Origin: Kiritimatiellia bacterium
GTDB lineage: Bacteria; Verrucomicrobiota; Kiritimatiellia; JAAZAB01
Length of the DNA stretch: 64,000 bases
Direction: 5' to 3'
NCBI GenBank assembly: GCA_040767085.1
Contig: JAXGPF010000006.1
Coordinates: 32,001 to 96,000 of the forward strand
Shown: positions 38,180 through 47,401 of the stretch, one piece after another
Numbering within the stretch: the first letter of the stretch is position 1
How the letters are laid out: each line of letters opens with the position of its first letter
The notes under the pieces: generated by a model
Told to the model about the DNA's origin: nothing
The model's database searches: none
Seen by the model: the letters and a program-made list of their open reading frames with translations, nothing else
Translations under genes and position numbers: made by a program

Positions 38180-38914
38180 ATGTCGAATCTTTTGGTCATC
38201 ATCCCAACCTATAACGAGTCCGACAATGTGCGCGGGATCGCCGCCGCCGTTTTCGCCGCGGCGCCCGCCGCCCACCTGCTGCTGGTGGACGATAATTCGC
38301 CGGATGGCACGGGCCGGATTGCCGACACCATGGCCGCCGCCGACCCGCGGGTCCACGTGCTGCACCGCCCCGGCAAAAGCGGCCTGGGCCGGGCCTACAT
38401 CGCCGGGTTTCAATGGGCGCTGGAACGCGAATACCGGTTCATCATGGAGATGGACGCCGATTTCTCACATAACCCCGCCGATATCCCCCGCTTTATCCAG
38501 GCCATGGACCAGGCCGACCTGGTGTTGGGCTCGCGCTACATTAACGGGATCCGCATCATCAACTGGCCGCTCGAACGGCTGATCCTGAGCAAGGCCGCCA
38601 GCATGTATGTGCGCCTGCTCACCCGCATGCCGTTCAGCGATCCCACCGGCGGATTCAAATGCTTCCGCCGCGAGGTGCTCGCCGCGATCAACCTGAATGA
38701 AATCGTCTCCAACGGTTATTCCTTCCAGATCGAGATGACGCACACCGCCTGGCGTAACGGCTTCCGCATTGCCGAGATTCCGATAATTTTCGAGGACCGG
38801 CGCTCCGGCCGTTCCAAGATGCATTCGTCCATCGTTCGGGAAGCTTTGTGGATGGTGCTCAAGCTGAGCTTCCGCCGCCGGCGGCACAAATTGCAGGCCA
38901 ATCCGGCAGCGTAG
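38180..38914 (+). CDS. Polyprenol monophosphomannose synthase-like GT2 glycosyltransferase
   Basis: IIPTYNE, VDDNSPDGTG, GLGRAYIAGF, MDADFSH, GYSFQIEM. Confidence 0.92.
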   Translation: MSNLLVIIPTYNESDNVRGIAAAVFAAAPAAHLLLVDDNSPDGTGRIADTMAAADPRVHVLHRPGKSGLGRAYIAGFQWALEREYRFIMEMDADFSHNPADIPRFIQAMDQADLVLGSRYINGIRIINWPLERLILSKAASMYVRLLTRMPFSDPTGGFKCFRREVLAAINLNEIVSNGYSFQIEMTHTAWRNGFRIAEIPIIFEDRRSGRSKMHSSIVREALWMVLKLSFRRRRHKLQANPAA

Positions 38915-38947
38915 TCCGATGAAGCAGGGCGCAGGCCGGATGTCGCA

Positions 38948-38980
38948 GGTAGGGCGCGATCTCCGAGCGCGCCGCTCCGG
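38948..38980. repeat. GTAG REP half
   Basis: ggtagggcgcgatctccgagcgcgccg is the reverse complement of the right arm of 11108-11173. Confidence 0.8.
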
Positions 38981-39005
38981 GAATGATGCCGAATTGGAAC
39001 CAACC

Positions 39006-39935
39006 ATGCCCCCCAATCCTCCGCCCATGATTGACACCCCGCCGCCCCGCTGGCTGGATTACATCCAGGCGCTGCGGCCCCGGCAGTGGATCAAAAACGG
39101 GGTGGTACTGGCCGCTTATTTTTTCGCACTGGGCGATAAAAACCAGCAGGTGCCGCCCGCCGCCTTTTTTACCGCGTTGGCCGCGGCGGCGTTCTTCACC
39201 ATCGCCGCCGCCGGCATTTATCTCTTTAACGACCTGCGCGACCGGGAACTCGACCGCGCCCACCCGGTAAAATGCCGCCGCCCGATAGCCGCCGGGCGGA
39301 TTCCGCCGCTAGCGGCGGCCGGCATGGGAACTGCCTTGCTGGCCGGCGGCCTGGCGGGGGCCTGGCTGCTGGCGCCGGGTTTCGCCCTGGCGCTGGGCGG
39401 GTACATACTCCTGCAGATTTGCTACACCCTTTTCCTCAAACAACTGCACCTGGTGGACGTTTTTGTGATTGCCATCGGATTTGTGCTGCGCGCCGCGGGC
39501 GGCGGCCTGGCAATTGATGTGCGCATTTCGCCCTGGCTGATCATCTGCACTTTTCTGATGGCGCTGTTTCTGGCGCTCTGCAAGCGCCGGCATGAAATGC
39601 AGTTGGGCGCCGATAACGGCGGCGCGGCCGCCTTGCGCCCCAGCCTGGCCGCCAGCAGCACATTGCTGCTGGACCAATTGATCGCCATTACCGCCGGCGC
39701 CGTGGTGATCGCCTATGCCATTTACACCCAGTGGCCGGAAACCGTCGCCAAATTTCAAACCCACCGGCTTTACCTGACCCTGCCCTTCGTCGTGTTCGGA
39801 GTCTTCCGCTACCTCGACCGGGTGTACATCCATGACCGCGGCGGGGAGCCGGAATCCGTCCTGCTGGCCGACATCCCGCTCCTGGCGGACATCGCCCTGT
39901 TCGCCCTGGCGGTCCTGGCCATCACCTGTTTCTGA
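39006..39935 (+). CDS. UbiA-family decaprenyl-phosphate phosphoribosyltransferase-like protein
   Basis: LRPRQWIKN, YLFNDLRDRELDRAHPVKCRRPIAAG, LALCKRRHE, multiple TM helices; start 39006 or 39027. Confidence 0.9.
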   Translation: MPPNPPPMIDTPPPRWLDYIQALRPRQWIKNGVVLAAYFFALGDKNQQVPPAAFFTALAAAAFFTIAAAGIYLFNDLRDRELDRAHPVKCRRPIAAGRIPPLAAAGMGTALLAGGLAGAWLLAPGFALALGGYILLQICYTLFLKQLHLVDVFVIAIGFVLRAAGGGLAIDVRISPWLIICTFLMALFLALCKRRHEMQLGADNGGAAALRPSLAASSTLLLDQLIAITAGAVVIAYAIYTQWPETVAKFQTHRLYLTLPFVVFGVFRYLDRVYIHDRGGEPESVLLADIPLLADIALFALAVLAITCF

Positions 39936-39991
39936 TTTCCAAAGTCGTCCCCTGCCACCTTGCGTGGCAGGAACGAAAGGTTACAGGTTCA

Positions 39992-40069
39992 CCACAAAAG
40001 AACGCGAAAGAGCACAAAAGTGAAAACCTCTTTTTTGCGTCTCTTGCGTTCTTTTGCGTTCTTTTGTGG
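39992..40069. repeat. Long imperfect palindrome with 10-mer periodicity between convergent genes (possible bidirectional terminator)
   Basis: ccacaaaagaacgcgaaagagcacaaaag ... cttgcgttcttttgcgttcttttgtgg. Confidence 0.65.
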
Positions 40070-40110
40070 ATAATTCAAAATCCCGAACACCGAACACTTT
40101 TTGAACCCCG

Positions 40111-42666
40111 TCATTCGAACAAGGTCAACTGGAACTGGTCCGTGCGGATTTTGCGGGGCCGGCGCACTGCCAGTTTGGGCTGGCCGGCTTCGCCCAGTTC
40201 GCCTTCTTCGAGGTTGAGCAGGATTTCGCCGGCGCGTTCGACCACTTCCGGCGGCAAGCCCGCCAGCCGGCCAACCTGGATGCCGTAACTCTTGTCGGCG
40301 CCGCCAGGCGCGATCTTACGCAGGAAAACCACGCGATCGCCCTGCTCCCGCGCCAGCACGTTGTAGTTTTTGACCCCGGACAGGGTCCGGGCCAGGTCGG
40401 TCAATTCATGGTAATGCGTGGCGAACAGTGCCCGGGCGCCGATCTTGTCGTGCAGGTACTCGGCTACCGCCCAGGCGATGCTGATGCCGTCAAAAGTGCT
40501 GGTGCCGCGTCCGATTTCATCGAGGATCACCAGGCTGCGCGGGCCGGCATTGTTGAGGATGTTGGCGGTTTCCTGCATTTCCACCATGAAAGTGCTCCGG
40601 CCGCGCGCCAGGTCGTCCCCGGCGCCGACGCGGGTGAAGACGCGGTCCACCGCGCCGATTTCCGCCGCCGATGCGGGCACAAACGACCCCATCTGGGCCA
40701 TGATGACAATCAGGGCCGCCTGGCGGATATAGGTTGATTTCCCGGCCATGTTGGGCCCGGTGATGATGTGCAGGCGGTTGGCCCCGCCGTCCAGCAGGAC
40801 GTCGTTGGGCACGAACCGCTCGCCTTCCAGCACCTGCTCCACCACGGGATGCCGGCCGTCGCGGATGACGATGGCATCGTCCTCGGTGATTGTCGGACGC
40901 GTATAGCGCAGCGCCACCGCGCGGTCGGCCAGCGCGGCCAGCGCGTCCAGCGCGGCCAGGGCGGCGGCCGCGCGCTGGATGGCGGCGGTTTCCTGTAGCG
41001 CGGCGGCGCGGATACCGGCGAACAGTTCCTGTTCCAGCAGGATGGCGCGGTCATGCGCGCCGATGATCCTGGCTTCATACTCCCGCAGTTCCGGCGTGAT
41101 GAACCGCTCGGCATTCACCAGGGTCTGCTTGCGGGAGTAATTTTCCGGCACGTTGCCGCACTGGCCCTTGGAGACTTCGATGTAATAGCCGAAAACCCGG
41201 TTATGCCGGATTTTCAAAGTCTTGATGCCCGTGCGCTGCTGTTCCTGCGTCTGGTATTCCGCCAGCCAGTCGCGCCCGGAGGCCGCCGCCGCGCGCAACT
41301 CGTCCAAGGGCGCGTGGTAGCCCGGCCGGATCATGCCGCCTTCCTTCACCGTGGCGGGCGGCTCGTCCACCAGGGCGCGGTCAATCAGCGCCACGAGATC
41401 CGGCTGGGGTTCGATGCCCGCCGCCAATTCCCGCGCCGCCGGCGCGGCGGCGGCGTCCAGCCGGCGCCGGATTTCCGGGAGCATCGAGAGCGACTGCCCG
41501 AGCGCCCTGACATCCCGCGCGTTGCCCCCGCCGCCTTCCAGCCGCGCGATGATCCGCTCCAGGTCGCGCACCTGGCCCAGCAGCTCGCGCAACTCGCGCA
41601 GCAAGGCCCGCTCGCTGGTAAAAAACTCCACCGCATCCAGACGCCGGCGGATGGCGGCGGGCCGGACCAGCGGGCGCATCAGCCAGTCCCGCAGCAGGCG
41701 TCCGCCCATGGCCGTGCAGGTGGCGTCCAGCACATCCAGCAGGCAGGCCGCCGCGGGCCGGCCCGGGCGCGCGCCGGCGGCCGGGAGGCCGGCCGCGCCC
41801 GGCCGGAGCGCCGGCCGCGCCGCCACCAGTTCCAGGTTGACGCGCGACGCCTCGTCCATCAGTAGAAAGTCCTCCTGGCTGCGGATCGCCAGCCGCCGCA
41901 CGTGGGCGACATTGCGGCTTAAGGTGTTTTTAACATAGTACAGCGCCGCGCCGGCCGCGCCGACCAGGGCCGGACAATCCGCGCAGCCGAATCCGTCCAA
42001 CGACTGCACGCCGAAGTGGCGGGTCAGCAGATCGCCGGCAGACGCCGGATCGAAAGTCCAATCGTCCTGCGGGGTCAATATCATTTCCGGCCGCGTTTGG
42101 CGCAGCCATTCCAGCGCCCCGCCCGGCTCGAGCATGTCCGCCGGCGCCACGCACTCCGAGGGCGCCAGCCGGGCCAGGGTTTCCTCCACGCCCGCCCGGT
42201 TCGCGGCTTTCTCGGCGTAAAACTCGCCGGTGGACAAATCCAGCGCCGCCAGGCCGAACACGCCGTCGCGGGCATACACGCCGGCGAGATAGTTGTTGCG
42301 GTTGGCGTCCAGCACCTGGTCGGCCACCACGGCCCCGGGCGTCACGATACCAGTGACTTCCCGGCGGACGATGCCCTTGGCGGTGGCCGGATCCTCCACC
42401 TGGTCGCAGATCGCAACCTTCCGGCCCGCGCGGATCAGGCGGGCAAGATACATCTCCGCGGCATGATGGGGCACGCCGCACATCGGCACCCCCTGGCGCT
42501 TGGTGAGGGTGATATCCAGCAGGCGCGACACCTCCAGGGCATCCTCGAAAAACATCTCGTAAAAATCACCCAGCCGGAAAAACAGGATGGCGTCCGCCGG
42601 CAGCTTGGCCTTGATCTGCCGGTACTGCTGCATCATGGGAGTTATGCTGTCGGACTTGCTCGTCAT
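40111..42666 (-). CDS. mutS: DNA mismatch repair protein MutS
   Basis: TPMMQQY, FFRLGDFYEMF, TGPNMAGKSTY, STFMVEM, DEIGRGTST, FATHYHEL. Confidence 0.99.
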   Translation of the reverse strand: MTSKSDSITPMMQQYRQIKAKLPADAILFFRLGDFYEMFFEDALEVSRLLDITLTKRQGVPMCGVPHHAAEMYLARLIRAGRKVAICDQVEDPATAKGIVRREVTGIVTPGAVVADQVLDANRNNYLAGVYARDGVFGLAALDLSTGEFYAEKAANRAGVEETLARLAPSECVAPADMLEPGGALEWLRQTRPEMILTPQDDWTFDPASAGDLLTRHFGVQSLDGFGCADCPALVGAAGAALYYVKNTLSRNVAHVRRLAIRSQEDFLLMDEASRVNLELVAARPALRPGAAGLPAAGARPGRPAAACLLDVLDATCTAMGGRLLRDWLMRPLVRPAAIRRRLDAVEFFTSERALLRELRELLGQVRDLERIIARLEGGGGNARDVRALGQSLSMLPEIRRRLDAAAAPAARELAAGIEPQPDLVALIDRALVDEPPATVKEGGMIRPGYHAPLDELRAAAASGRDWLAEYQTQEQQRTGIKTLKIRHNRVFGYYIEVSKGQCGNVPENYSRKQTLVNAERFITPELREYEARIIGAHDRAILLEQELFAGIRAAALQETAAIQRAAAALAALDALAALADRAVALRYTRPTITEDDAIVIRDGRHPVVEQVLEGERFVPNDVLLDGGANRLHIITGPNMAGKSTYIRQAALIVIMAQMGSFVPASAAEIGAVDRVFTRVGAGDDLARGRSTFMVEMQETANILNNAGPRSLVILDEIGRGTSTFDGISIAWAVAEYLHDKIGARALFATHYHELTDLARTLSGVKNYNVLAREQGDRVVFLRKIAPGGADKSYGIQVGRLAGLPPEVVERAGEILLNLEEGELGEAGQPKLAVRRPRKIRTDQFQLTLFE

Positions 42667-42899
42667 CGGTTATTTCCCGCTTTACCCGCCATCCGCATGA
42701 AGGAGTAATTTACACCCATTGACCAGAGTTGTAAATAACAGGATTGCCGCATGGCATTTCTAATCAGGGCTGCGTCATTCCCAGAACAGACGGCCATTCG
42801 ACAGGGCTCATGGCAGGCTCGGTGCGGCATGCCCGGCATAGCTTCAGCGTAGCCGGCAGGGATATCTTGACCTGCCTCCGGAATCCGTATGCATGCTTC

Positions 42900-42996
42900 G
42901 GTAGGGCGGCCAGCTTGCCCAGCGTAGCCTTGGCAAAGCCTGGGTCCCTTGGCCGCCTCTGATCCGGAACGGCGCGCTCGGAGATCGCGCCCTACC
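42900..42996. repeat. GTAG REP doublet carrying the 31-bp hairpin insert (42913-42943)
   Basis: Equals 11108-11173 plus gcttgcccagcgtagccttggcaaagcctgg. Confidence 0.88.
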
Positions 42997-43099
42997 TCCG
43001 GAATGGCGTGCAAGGCGCGGGATCGAGCCGCCGAGAATGACGCAGCCGTGTATTTCTGGTTGCCAACACCAACCGTCATATATAGAGTGTCCGGGATTC

Positions 43100-43312
43100 A
43101 CGGTTCAGGGATGCCGGAGGTTCAACGGTGGTTTGATGTTGGAATTGGTTGAAAGTTTTCTGGGACAGTGTCCGGTATTCAGTGTTCCGAGAACCTCTAT
43201 TAACCATGAAACCTTAACACCCTAACACCTTAAAACCTTAAAACCTTAACACCCTAACACCTTAAAACCCTAACACCCTAACACCTTAAAACCTTAAAAC
43301 GTTAAAACGTTA
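43100..43312. repeat. Dispersed modular element with 12-unit octamer tandem array (43212-43307)
   Basis: Reverse complement aligns with 56220-56390; octamer units ccttaaaa/ccttaaca/ccctaaca. Confidence 0.85.
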
Positions 43313-43332
43313 GTTTTGGGCCAGGAGCAAAC

Positions 43333-44349
43333 ATGGCGGAAGTAATTGCGGCGCGGGTAGAGGTCTGCGATGATCGAAATCAGAAATATACCGTGCCATA
43401 TTGGCGGGTGCGTTCGGGCAAAAACGGCCCATGCCTGCTGGTGACAGCGGCGATTCACGGCACGGAACTCCACGGGGTGGAATCCATCCGGCGTTTTCTG
43501 CCGCTGGCGGCGGACGGCCTGGCCCGGGGGGAATGCCTGCTGGTGCCGGTAGCCAACCCCCTGGCGGTGCAAAAACGGCAGCCGCATATGGACTTCGATT
43601 CGCGCCGTTATTTCGGCACCGATACGCGCCACAACGCCAATTGCGTCTGGCCCGGCGCCGCCGGCGGCAACAACGCCGAGCGGTTGGCGCATGCGCTTTT
43701 TCAACAAGTCGTGCCGCGGGCCACGCATCTGATCGATCTGCACGCCTATTCCCGCATCTGGGCGCCGGTTGTCTATGCCCGCACCAATTACGCGCCAAGC
43801 CTGCAACTGGCGCGCGCGGCGGGATTGCGCTTCGGACGCCATAGCGATGCCTACCCGGACGCCGCTCAACGCCCGGTGTTTCCCTGCATCCTCTCGACGC
43901 TCTTCAACGAGACCGACCGCACGGCCATCGCCATCGAGTTGTCCGGCCAATGCGTTATCGCGGAGGCGGAGGCTGCCTGCGGCCTGCGCGCCATTGTCAA
44001 CTGCTGCAAGTCACTGGAGATGCTCCCGGGCGAGCCGGAAATTCTGTCCGGCCCCATGGTCTGGCTGAATGACGCCCGCGAATTGAAAATCGCCGCGCCG
44101 CATGCCGGCTTGTTCATCCCCGCGCCCGTGGCGCTGGGCGGACGCCTGGAAAAAGACGCTCTGTTAGGTTGCGTGCTGGACCTGCAGGATTTGCGCCAAA
44201 CGCCCGTGCGCGCCCCGGCAGCCGGCTGGCTTTACCGGTTTGGCCCGATCCGGGGCGTCAGCAAAAACGACATTGCCGAAGATCCCATGACCGTGATGCA
44301 TCCTTACACCACGGCCGGTGAAATCCTGGCCATCATCCTGGGGGATTGA
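43333..44349 (+). CDS. Succinylglutamate desuccinylase/aspartoacylase-family (M14) hydrolase
   Basis: AAIHGTELHG (HxxE), PVANP, IDLH, IELSG, C-terminal biotinyl-like hairpin; AGGAG RBS. Confidence 0.85.
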   Translation: MAEVIAARVEVCDDRNQKYTVPYWRVRSGKNGPCLLVTAAIHGTELHGVESIRRFLPLAADGLARGECLLVPVANPLAVQKRQPHMDFDSRRYFGTDTRHNANCVWPGAAGGNNAERLAHALFQQVVPRATHLIDLHAYSRIWAPVVYARTNYAPSLQLARAAGLRFGRHSDAYPDAAQRPVFPCILSTLFNETDRTAIAIELSGQCVIAEAEAACGLRAIVNCCKSLEMLPGEPEILSGPMVWLNDARELKIAAPHAGLFIPAPVALGGRLEKDALLGCVLDLQDLRQTPVRAPAAGWLYRFGPIRGVSKNDIAEDPMTVMHPYTTAGEILAIILGD

Positions 44350-44355
44350 GTCTTA

Positions 44356-47241
44356 ATGCAATTGGAACCCGTGCCGGCGCAACCGCCGGAATCTTCGTGG
44401 AAGTTCGTGGAGGAACTCCGGCAGCCCCGGCACCAGCCGCGCCCCTGGCGCCGCCGCCAGCCGCGGCCGGGCGAAATCAGCCTGGCCGCCGGCGTGGAAA
44501 TCATGCCGGGATTCGATGATCCGGACAATTGTCTGGAAACCGCTTACGCCGACTTGCGCGCCTTCCTGCAGGCCGCTGCGATCCCCGCCGGCGGCGGTTA
44601 CCGCATCGCCACCGGCCGCGCGCCGACCCCCTGTTTTGAAGCCTACCGGCTGGAAATCGCGGCGGACGGCTGCCGGATTCTGGCGGCCGACGCCGAGGGC
44701 ATCCGGCGCGGCATTTATTTTCTGGAAGACGAAATCGCGCGCGCCGGCGGCCCGTTCCTCAAGCCCGGCGTGACGGAGCGGCGGCCGGCGGTCAAGACCC
44801 GGGTGTCCCGCTGTTTCTTCGGCCCCATCAAGCGCCCGCCGAAAATGCGCGACGAATTAATGGACGAGGTTGATTACTACCCGGACCATTACCTGGCCCG
44901 CCTGGCCTATGAGGGCGTCAACGGACTCTGGCTGACGGTGGCATTCCAGGACCTGGCGCGCACCGACCTGGCGCCGGAATACGGCGCGGACCGCGAGCGG
45001 CGCCTGGCCAAGCTGCGGCGCACCATCCGGCAATGCCGCCGCTACGGCATCAAAATCTACCTGTTTACCATCGAGCCGCTGGCCTGGTCCCTGGATTCCC
45101 CGGTACTGCGCCGGCATCCGGAACTGGGCGGGATACGTCTGAATGACCGTGTGGCTTTCTGCCCTTTTTCGGATACCGCCCGGCGTTATCTCCACGATTG
45201 CCTGCGCAGCATTTTTGACGACGCCCCGGGCCTCGGAGGACTGATCAACATCAGCCTGGGCGAGCGCGGAACCACCTGCGCGCTGCGCGGCGTCCCATGC
45301 CAGACCCTGTGCCGGCGCGGCATCCAGGCGCAGCCCTGGGAAATCCTCCAGGAAACCATGGCCGCCATGCTCGCCGGCATGCACGCCGCCGATCCGGCGG
45401 CGGAATTGATCTGCTGGCTCTATGTTCCAGGCAACAGCACCGGCAGCGCGCCCGCCAATTTCGAGTGGATTAAAGACATCGCCGGACATATCCCGCCCGG
45501 GGTGATCTTCCAGTATAATTTCGAGTCCAACGGCGAGAAGGAGCAGTTGGGCAAGCCGCGGCATGCCGGCGACTACTGGCTTTCGTACGTCGGGCCCAGC
45601 GGTATTTTCGAGGAATGCGCCGCGCGCGCCCGGGCGGCCGGCGCGCGGGTTGCGGCCAAGCTGCAAGTGGCCTGCTCGCATGAAGTGGCGACCGTGCCCT
45701 ACGTCCCAGTCCCGTCAAGCCTGTATCGCAAATACGCCGGGATGCGCCGGCTGGATGTCAGCGCCGTGATGATGTGCTGGTATTTCGGCAATTTTCCGGG
45801 AATCATGAACAAGGCGGCCGGCGAACTGGCCTTCGAGCCATTCCCGGCCAGCGAGCGCGAATTCCTGCGCCGGCTGGCCGCGATCAACTGGGCCGACCGC
45901 GCGGATGACGCCGCGCGCGCTTACGAGCTGCTCTGGCGCGGGTATGAAAATTATCCGGTCAACTGCATGATGCAGTACTATGGGCCGATGCACGACGGTC
46001 CGGTCTGGCCGCTGTTCCTGGCCCCGGCGGACGCCCCCCTGGCGCCGACCTGGCTCTTGAAAATGGATTACAGCGGCGACCGCATCGGGGAGGCTATTAA
46101 CTATTCCCATGCGCTCGAGGAAGTGCTGGAACTCTGCGGCGCCATGAGCCGGGATTGGAACCGCGGCGTCGCCATCCTGAAGAATCTGCTGCGCGACTTT
46201 GACGGCCGGCCCGACCGCGCCCGCGAAGTCGGCATCGCCGAGGCGCTGGGGATTCATTTCCAGAGCGCCAGCCATATTTTCCGGTTTTACGCCCACCGCG
46301 AAAGGCTGTTCCATGGCGAAGTCCGCGACCCGCGGGCAACCTTGCAGGCCATGCGCGGAATTGTGGAGGCGGAGTTGGCGCTCGATGCGCGGCTGCTGGA
46401 ACTGGCGGAAGCCGACGCCACGCTCGGTTTCCATCCCGAGGCCGAAGGTTATAAATACTTCCCGGCCAAAATCCGCTGGCGGATGCGGCAGTTGCAAAAC
46501 CTCCTGGAGGTTGATTTTCCGCGGTTGGCGGAACAAATCCGCGGCGGCGGGCCTTTATTCCCGGAGTACACCGGCAAAACCATCACCGGCCTGGCCGCCG
46601 CTTGCCCGCGGCGGCCGGCCGCCGGCGGCGATAACTGGGGGAAGCGGCCCTGGGAGACTAACCGCCATCTTACCGCGCAGCATATGCTGACCGCCAGTCC
46701 GGCGGCCGCCGGACCGGGTGAATGGCAAGCCGCCTGGCAGGCGGCGCAGGACGCCGATGCGCTCTACTTCCGGGCGCGCTGCCCCGCCGCCGGCGCGGCG
46801 GAAATCTGGCGGAAAACTTTCCCGGGGCAGGAAATTCCGGCCGTCAACGCGACTGAAACGCTGGCGATCGAAATCGAGCCGCGCCGGCTCTGGCCGACGG
46901 AAACTTTCCTGATTGACCGCGCCGGCCATGTCGCTTACCGGGCCGTCAGCGGCCGGCGCCAGTCCGGCAACTGGAGCCAGTCAGGCGGCTGGAGCATCCT
47001 GGAGCGCGCGGAGGATGAAAATTTCTGGACGTTTACATTCCGCCTGCCCTGGTCTTTCTTCGAGGGCATGGTGGTCCCCGGCCGGCCCATCCGGGTCAAT
47101 GTCATCCACCGCTGGGAGCCGGGCGCCGCGGGCATCGCCGTCTGGTCCAGTTGGGCGCCGCCGGCGCGCCCGCCCTTCGCGCGCCTGGGTTATGGATACG
47201 CCACGCCCGCCGAGTTGGGCTGGCTGGCAGCGTCAGGCTAA
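44356..47241 (+). CDS. Large hypothetical, glycoside-hydrolase-like protein
   Basis: EAYRLEIAADGCRILAADAEGIRRGIYFLED resembles the GH20/GH67 N-terminal domain; then a probable TIM barrel and a CBM9-like tail (DADALYF...WTFTFRLPW). Confidence 0.65.
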   Translation: MQLEPVPAQPPESSWKFVEELRQPRHQPRPWRRRQPRPGEISLAAGVEIMPGFDDPDNCLETAYADLRAFLQAAAIPAGGGYRIATGRAPTPCFEAYRLEIAADGCRILAADAEGIRRGIYFLEDEIARAGGPFLKPGVTERRPAVKTRVSRCFFGPIKRPPKMRDELMDEVDYYPDHYLARLAYEGVNGLWLTVAFQDLARTDLAPEYGADRERRLAKLRRTIRQCRRYGIKIYLFTIEPLAWSLDSPVLRRHPELGGIRLNDRVAFCPFSDTARRYLHDCLRSIFDDAPGLGGLINISLGERGTTCALRGVPCQTLCRRGIQAQPWEILQETMAAMLAGMHAADPAAELICWLYVPGNSTGSAPANFEWIKDIAGHIPPGVIFQYNFESNGEKEQLGKPRHAGDYWLSYVGPSGIFEECAARARAAGARVAAKLQVACSHEVATVPYVPVPSSLYRKYAGMRRLDVSAVMMCWYFGNFPGIMNKAAGELAFEPFPASEREFLRRLAAINWADRADDAARAYELLWRGYENYPVNCMMQYYGPMHDGPVWPLFLAPADAPLAPTWLLKMDYSGDRIGEAINYSHALEEVLELCGAMSRDWNRGVAILKNLLRDFDGRPDRAREVGIAEALGIHFQSASHIFRFYAHRERLFHGEVRDPRATLQAMRGIVEAELALDARLLELAEADATLGFHPEAEGYKYFPAKIRWRMRQLQNLLEVDFPRLAEQIRGGGPLFPEYTGKTITGLAAACPRRPAAGGDNWGKRPWETNRHLTAQHMLTASPAAAGPGEWQAAWQAAQDADALYFRARCPAAGAAEIWRKTFPGQEIPAVNATETLAIEIEPRRLWPTETFLIDRAGHVAYRAVSGRRQSGNWSQSGGWSILERAEDENFWTFTFRLPWSFFEGMVVPGRPIRVNVIHRWEPGAAGIAVWSSWAPPARPPFARLGYGYATPAELGWLAASG

Positions 47242-47401
47242 TCGGCTCGCTAAGGATTATGCCAAAGGCATGACAAGGAGCTTTATCCCGCTCCTGGCGG
47301 GATCGCCCTACCTTCGGGATGGCGTGCGGCCTTCCTACCCGGAGCGGCGCGCAAGGCGCGGGCCGCGCTGGCGGCACTGCGCGCCCTACCCCTGAGTCAG
47401 G

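Noticed and set aside
43212-43312. Telomere-like CCCTAA repeats or eukaryotic contamination
   Set aside because: Period is 8 bp, not 6; mixed units; part of a repeat family found elsewhere in the window between bacterial genes
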